From assembly GCA_963759805.1 (NCBI GenBank), contig CAVXAT010000005.1:67585-131584 (forward strand): a stretch of DNA of 64,000 nucleotides, read 5' to 3'. Under the pieces are notes generated by a model. It ran no database searches, had not been told where the DNA came from, and worked only from the letters and a program-made list of their open reading frames with translations. Both the position numbers and the translations under genes were made by a program. Of this stretch, positions 57,853 to 64,000 are shown piece by piece. Each line of letters opens with the position of its first letter. Positions within the stretch are counted from its first letter, which is position 1. Source of the stretch: an uncultured bacterium (lineage in GTDB: Bacteria; Babelota; Babeliae; Babelales; RVW-14).

Positions 57853-60359
57853 TCAATTTGCGCCATGTAGACAATCTGTTAACACTTGCAATTTCGAGCT
57901 TAATATTAAAAGTTTTTCCTTAAGTATGCCCAGTGAATTTTTAAGTTTTTTAAGTTTTAGTTTTAATTGTGTTTGTTGTTCAAAACTTGCCCATTCACTT
58001 GGTGTAATGTCAATCCCCTTATTCATTGCTTTTTTAATATCTTCAGGATCAAGCCTAACAATAAAGTCTTTAAGTGATAAAACACCTGATGGATTTTTAA
58101 TTTTGATGTTTGTATTTTGATATTGGAAAAGATCCTTAATTATTGGTAGTTGCGTGTAATATTCAGTTGGACTCAATTTGGCTAAGAATGTAAGGCCTGC
58201 GCTGGCAATATATTTTTCATATTTATCTTTAGAGTTTTCAAATCGCCAAAGAGATTGTGATTTGTTTGCAAGCAAATCAGGCTTCTGATTTAAGTAAAGT
58301 TCCTTATTTAAACTTTTAAGAGTCCAATATTCCCCTTCAAACTCAAATGCTATATCCACATTTAGAATCGTTCCGATTGATTTCACTGATGATGTTTTAA
58401 TAAAAACATTCTTTAAAATTATTTGTTGCTTTCTAATATTTTTCGACTCCAAGAATATTTTGAAGCTGTCGTTTCCATCCAAAATTTGAGAAAAATCATT
58501 AAATCCTTCAAGCTCTTTTATAAAGAATGTCTTTTCAGATTCTCTTCCACGTAAAATTAAAAAACTATCACGTAAAAAATTAAGAATGCCGGTTGCTACT
58601 GGTGTTTCTTTCGAATTAGCAATAGTGATTTTTGCAAATAGATTAATGCTGTCTCCTCGCTGCATAGAAATAATTTGTGGATAGATATAAAAATTTTTCT
58701 CTATTTGCATATCGCTATAAATAGTGTCCAAGCATGGAATTGATGGAAAGTATTTATAAGTATTAAAGAGCCACCAAGTTACATAATTTTGGCAAAAAGC
58801 TTTGGCAGTTATATGGTATTTTGCGGGAAATATATTAAGATTAGCAAATACAATTTCTGAATATAAAAGTAAAGCCCATTTTTTGTTGATATCAACTGTT
58901 CCTATTCCTGCAAAATCCATTTTTTTTAGGCGGGTTATTATTGTTACTTTTTTAACTTCCGGTGGATTTTTCCTTATTCAACCTCTTCGTTTTTAACGAA
59001 TTCTGGCTTTGCTAATGCCTTCATAATGGTGGCGTCGGTTATTTTTTGTATATCGGGACTGATATCAAAAGTCTGAATCCAGCCGACTTCCGGAATCCAA
59101 ATTTGTGGAAAATTAGAAGGTCCATATAATACAGAATACCAATCTTCAATAAGGCATAATTGTTGTAAAATTCCATTAAGTCCGCTGTTTTTTTCTAATT
59201 TTTTAAGTTTAGCCTTTATTTCAACGGATTCTGTTGTTTTAGATTTTATAGCATTTATTTTGTCTCTAAACAATTCATAGCGATCTTGAAAGTTATCCAA
59301 AGCTTCGAAATACTTGTCAATACGATTAAAATTTTTAAATTTTTCTGCAGTAACTCTAAATATTGTGGTATCCGTGATCGAATCAACTATTAACATGTAT
59401 TTCATTCTAATTGGTATATCGTTTTTGATTTGCATCAAATCTAAATTTTTCCCACCAGAATAACACGAGCTTATACGTAACGATTTGGTATTAAGTTTAT
59501 CATTGAGAAAGAGCAGGGTATTAACAATATTATCAACAGACATTCCTGCTATCGTAATATCCTCTTTTTTTGAAGAATAGCTTCCATGCCCAAATATATA
59601 TATATTGCATGGTGGTAATGAGCTTAATTCGTATAATTCATATTTAAAAGGCTTATTATCAACTGTTACAGTTTTTACCTCTTTTATCGGAAGTTCATTG
59701 AAAATCAAAGATAGCTGATTGGAATTAAAATTTTTATGCTCCGGAGATAATAAATCTTCTACATCCGTTTTTACATCCTCCGCATAAGGAATATATTTCA
59801 AATTTTTATTTGATAGCAATCTTTTGGCTTCGATTGGTGCATCATCAGCCCATGATATTTTGGGAAAATTATTTACAACATCAATTAGCTTATTCACCAT
59901 TGCAAATATTGGAGATGCCCCATTGTATTCTTTGCCAGAAGAAAGATCAATTTGGGTCCATTTGCTTTTATTAAAAACAGTGTTGTGGTAATTTCTTGGA
60001 ACAAAAACAAAAAATTGGGTATCGTTGATTGTGTAAATGTCCCACTTGTTTAAGTCTACATCAAAACGCTTAAGATATGTGTCTGGATTTTTGGTATATC
60101 TTCTCAGTATCATATTTTTCAAAATATAATTTGAAACGATTATTGCGCATGATTTGCATTGAGAGAGTGTACGTGCAAATTCGCATGCTGCGGCATCATA
60201 TCCATTGCTACCAAATTTTTCGTTATGCTCATCAATGAAAAAAGCAATTCTAACTGGCTTGATATTTTCAATAGTTGTAGTGTCTAGTGTTTTTGCAGCA
60301 AAAATATTTGAACTTAAGAAAAGCCCCAACAATATCATTATCTTACGCATATTATTCAT
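57853..60359 (-). pseudogene. large secreted clan-CD-like protease, copy 2, split by a frameshift at about 58975
   Basis: ORFs 60380-58974 and 58920-57853 align end to end with the paralogues; GAAGAGGTTGAA-TAAGGAAAAATCCA lacks about 10 nt relative to copy 3. Confidence 0.8.
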
Positions 60360-60558
60360 TCCCCTGCTCCTTTTTAACAAAATAATTAAAAGTAAGTTTT
60401 GGGTATTCTAGTATTATGATGTCGCATAAATAAAGTAAATTTATAAAATTAGAATGGTATTAGCCATCGATATTATTTCAAATGAGCAATTGTTATAAGA
60501 GTAAATTTTACATCAAACTCTTTCCGAAATAAAACAGTGGTGTTAACAATGGGGGTGC

Positions 60559-60586
60559 TTGATTTTAAGCTTATAACCTATAAAAT
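60559..60586 (+). promoter_or_regulatory. putative promoter TTGATT-N16-TAAAAT
   Basis: Conserved with the two other Cys-rich gene promoters. Confidence 0.5.
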
Positions 60587-60636
60587 TAATATTGTCTTGA
60601 GGTTATTTTTTATCTACTTAAACGATAAAGGCAATC

Positions 60637-61287
60637 ATGTTCAATAAAAATATTTTTTTAGCTTTGATAACAATTTTTACGTATTTAAATTTTGTCACCT
60701 GCACAACAGGAGAGAATCTTAGTATTCCTAAAACAGGAGATACTGTAACTAATATTTCTAGCGATGGAGAATGTGATTTGGAAAGCCTAATTCAGTTTAA
60801 AAGCATAATCCAGTTTGTTGTGGATAAGTTTTTAGCGCTTGATCAAAAAAGCGTAGAGGGTTTCATGAATGACTTAAGGTGTAATGGTTGTAACTGTGAT
60901 TTTTTCAACTATGATTTTTTCGAGGAACATGATTCTTCAGAAAATACAAAGATTATTATTTGTAAAGGACATAGCAAGCAAATAGATATTTGGGGAAAAT
61001 TGTTTTCAAGTGATAAAAAGTCAAATTGTACATGTGAAAAAACAAAGAAATCGCTTCGATGGATTGGTGGTATTAGGGATATTGTAACTATAGGTATTTT
61101 TTATAAATACTTTTATTTTTATAACAGTGATCATTGCAAAGATGGAAGCGATGTTAAAAAATGCGAATGCAAAATATTGAAAAATGCAACAGCTGAATGT
61201 ATGGAAGTATGCTTATGCAAAAAACATTTTGAAGCTTTGAAAGCCTGGGAACACCAAATGTTCCATTTACGTATGGTGAAAGGTTAA
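60637..61287 (+). CDS. small secreted Cys-rich protein (CxC..CxxH family), copy 3
   Basis: CNC..IIICKGH and CECKI..ECMEVCLCKKH units; signal peptide. Confidence 0.8.
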   Translation: MFNKNIFLALITIFTYLNFVTCTTGENLSIPKTGDTVTNISSDGECDLESLIQFKSIIQFVVDKFLALDQKSVEGFMNDLRCNGCNCDFFNYDFFEEHDSSENTKIIICKGHSKQIDIWGKLFSSDKKSNCTCEKTKKSLRWIGGIRDIVTIGIFYKYFYFYNSDHCKDGSDVKKCECKILKNATAECMEVCLCKKHFEALKAWEHQMFHLRMVKG

Positions 61288-61449
61288 GCCACTAGTTTGA
61301 ATAGTTGGACTCCCAAGGCTTGGCCTCAAGATTTAGTTTGAAAACGATGATGCTGCGCTATGCTTATTCTTCAGCGGCTTGATACGCTTTAAAGCAAGGT
61401 GAATACTACTTTCTAAACCCGGTCATGAATTTGAAAAGTGATAAAAAGC

Positions 61450-63927
61450 TTAATGATGTAATTTAATTTCCAACTGCTCTAAACGAGTCCTTAAAATTGA
61501 GAATTTTTCCTTAAGGTTTATCAAAGAATTTTTTAATGTTTTGAGTTTTATTTGCAGGCGAGTTTGTTGTTCTAGGCCTACTTCTGATTGAGTCTTATCT
61601 TTAAGTTTTTGTCTTAATTCAGACTGATTTTTTTCAAGTTCAAATTCTTTCCATTGTTCAGCTTTAATTACAGGAGCTTGCTGAATTTCTTTTTGAATGT
61701 CATCAGGCTTTAGTTTAATAATAAAATCTTTTAATGATAAGGTTTGAGCTGGTTTTTTTATTTGGATATTTGTTTTTTCACGATGAAACATATCTCTAAT
61801 TACTGGTAATTTAGCATAATATTCGGCAGGGTTTAAATTGGCTAAATATGATAGATTTGATGATTTAATATTTTCCTCATGTTCAGTACTGCTTTGTTTA
61901 AAATGCCAAAGAGATTGAGATGGGATGGCGCTTGATATTGAAAGATGTAAATCTTGTTTCTTATAAATAAGAAACCATGGCTTTCCGTTAAATTCAAATG
62001 AAAGCTTGATGCTTGTAAATTCTTCACTTACGAATTCCATTGAAGTTTCGATGAAAACATTTTGCAATGTTATCTGTTTTTGCTTCAAATTTTGCGAATC
62101 TAGTTCTTTTTTGAATGGATCATTTTTATCCAAAACTTCCGAGAAGTCGTTAAATCCTTCAAGCTCTTTGATAAAAAATGTTTTTAATGAAATTCTATCA
62201 CGTAAAATAAAAAAGCTGTCACGCAAAAAATTAAGAATTCCATTTTCAATAAGTGGTTCTTCAGAATTTTTCAAAATACTTATTTTTGCAAATAGATTAA
62301 GACTATCGCCCCTTTGCATGGATATGATTTGTGGATAAATGCAGAAATCATTTTGAGATGGAAAATATTCATGTAAATTTGGTAACCATGGAGATTTGAA
62401 TGATAATAACCATAGAGGTAATTTTTTTTGTGAAATATTGGAACTTATTCCTAGTGTGACATAAATGATTTCAGAATACAAAAGTAAAGCAAATTTTCCC
62501 TTAACATCAATGGTTCCAGATTCTGCAAAATTCATTTTGTCTAGCCGGCTTTTTATTATTACCTTCTTAACAATCGGTGGATTTTTCCTTACATCTTCTA
62601 TCTCTACCTCTTCATTCTTAACAAACGTCGGTGCCGCCAATGCGTTGATAATCGTAGCGTCAGTTATTTTCTTGACATACGGGTCAACATTAAATGTTTG
62701 AAACCACCCAATTTCAGGAATCCAAATTTGTGGAAAATTATTAAGCCCATAAAGTTCGTAGTACCAGTCTTTCGTTAAAGGTAAACTTTTTAGAATTCCA
62801 TTAAACCCGCTATTTTCTTCCCGTTCCTGTATTTCCGTTTTTATCTCTTTTTCAGCTTCACCTGAAAGTAGTCGTCTTTTTGCTTTAATAGCTTTTAATT
62901 TTTTTACAAAAATATCATAACCTCCCTGAAATTCTTCTAATGCTTCAAAATAGCCTTTTATGTCAACTCGTGAGTAGTCTTTTGCGGCTTTTAACGTAGC
63001 CACATTTGGAGCATCTGTAATTGACTCAACAATTAATAGATACTTTATTCTAATTGGTATGTCATTTTTTATTCGCATTAAATCCAATCCTTTACCACCT
63101 GCAAAGCAGGCAGATATTCGTATGGATTTTGTATTTAGCTTATCATTGAAAAAAAGCAATAAATTTGCCATCTCATCTGATTGGATTCCTGCAATAAAAT
63201 GTTTTTTGTCGTATGATCCCCCATGGCCTGCTATGTATATATTACAAGGCTGTGCTAAGCTCAGTTCCTCATAATTTTCAACTGGCTTAAAAATCCAAGA
63301 TAATTGAATTGGCTCAAATTTTTTCTCTGGCAGTTTGTTTGTATCTATATTATAAGAACGCCAATCTTTGGTATATGGAATATATTTTAAACCTTCATGT
63401 GATAATAATTTTTTTGCCTTAATTGCAGCCGTATCTTTCCACTGTATAATGGATCTGTCCTCATCGTCTTTATCACCTTTATATTCTTTAAGTTTATCGA
63501 AATCAATCTTATTCCATATTAAATTGCCATCGATTCTTAATGTTTTGTTTAAAATTGGACTGTCATAGCCAGGTCGAACAAAAACAAAGAATTGAGTATT
63601 TTCAATATAGTAAATATCCCAATCATTTAAATCAAAGTTAATTGTTGTAATATCCGGATCTGAAGTTTTTGTATATTTTCTTAAAATCATGTTTTTTAAA
63701 ATGTAATCTGAAACAATTATGATATCTAAAAATTTTTGGTGAAGTTCTGCGGCAAATTCACGTGTCATTGCGACACTCCCATTACTAGAATATGTCTCAT
63801 CATGATTGTCAATATAAAAACCCATTCTGATAGGTTTGATATTTTCACCAGATGCAGCCTTCTGATCTTGCATTGCAAAAATATTTGTACTTAGTAAAAG
63901 CACCAACAACATTACTCTCTTAAACAT
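61450..63927 (-). CDS. large secreted clan-CD-like protease, copy 3
   Basis: MFKRVMLLVLLLSTNIFA; CNIYIAGHGG...IRISACFAGG; C-terminal leucine zipper. Confidence 0.78.
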   Translation of the reverse strand: MFKRVMLLVLLLSTNIFAMQDQKAASGENIKPIRMGFYIDNHDETYSSNGSVAMTREFAAELHQKFLDIIIVSDYILKNMILRKYTKTSDPDITTINFDLNDWDIYYIENTQFFVFVRPGYDSPILNKTLRIDGNLIWNKIDFDKLKEYKGDKDDEDRSIIQWKDTAAIKAKKLLSHEGLKYIPYTKDWRSYNIDTNKLPEKKFEPIQLSWIFKPVENYEELSLAQPCNIYIAGHGGSYDKKHFIAGIQSDEMANLLLFFNDKLNTKSIRISACFAGGKGLDLMRIKNDIPIRIKYLLIVESITDAPNVATLKAAKDYSRVDIKGYFEALEEFQGGYDIFVKKLKAIKAKRRLLSGEAEKEIKTEIQEREENSGFNGILKSLPLTKDWYYELYGLNNFPQIWIPEIGWFQTFNVDPYVKKITDATIINALAAPTFVKNEEVEIEDVRKNPPIVKKVIIKSRLDKMNFAESGTIDVKGKFALLLYSEIIYVTLGISSNISQKKLPLWLLSFKSPWLPNLHEYFPSQNDFCIYPQIISMQRGDSLNLFAKISILKNSEEPLIENGILNFLRDSFFILRDRISLKTFFIKELEGFNDFSEVLDKNDPFKKELDSQNLKQKQITLQNVFIETSMEFVSEEFTSIKLSFEFNGKPWFLIYKKQDLHLSISSAIPSQSLWHFKQSSTEHEENIKSSNLSYLANLNPAEYYAKLPVIRDMFHREKTNIQIKKPAQTLSLKDFIIKLKPDDIQKEIQQAPVIKAEQWKEFELEKNQSELRQKLKDKTQSEVGLEQQTRLQIKLKTLKNSLINLKEKFSILRTRLEQLEIKLHH

Positions 63928-64000
63928 CTCCTGCTCCTTTTTAACAAAATAATTAAAAGTAAGTTTTGGGTATTCTAGCATTATGATGTCGCATAAATAC

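Overview
AT-rich bacterial chromosome segment. The gene content (eukaryote-like effectors with signal peptides, ankyrin and beta-propeller paralogues, a T2SS pseudopilin cluster, LPS genes) suggests an intracellular protist parasite, most likely Candidatus Dependentiae/Babelota (TM6); this assignment is inference. Housekeeping genes (recO, MscS, ssrA, brnQ, pheT, lspA, wecB/wecC, mutL, lptA/lptC-like, comF, rluB-like, kdsB, mlaD, gspF-K) are interspersed with secreted-protein families. Main highlights: (1) a USP deubiquitinase, a HECT-type E3 ligase and three clan-CD-like cysteine proteases, from three unrelated families, share one ~30-aa leucine-zipper motif, a candidate effector tag; (2) a thrice-repeated tail-to-tail module of a GHG/SC protease and a small CxC..CxxH protein with conserved promoters; (3) nested GC-rich palindromic elements, some inserted in frame in genes; (4) two cargo cassettes that duplicate the 3' end of a neighbouring gene; (5) a modular solenoid/beta-propeller surface protein family. 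Several small frameshifts may be assembly errors. No CRISPR array, rRNA, tRNA, integrase or transposase was seen.
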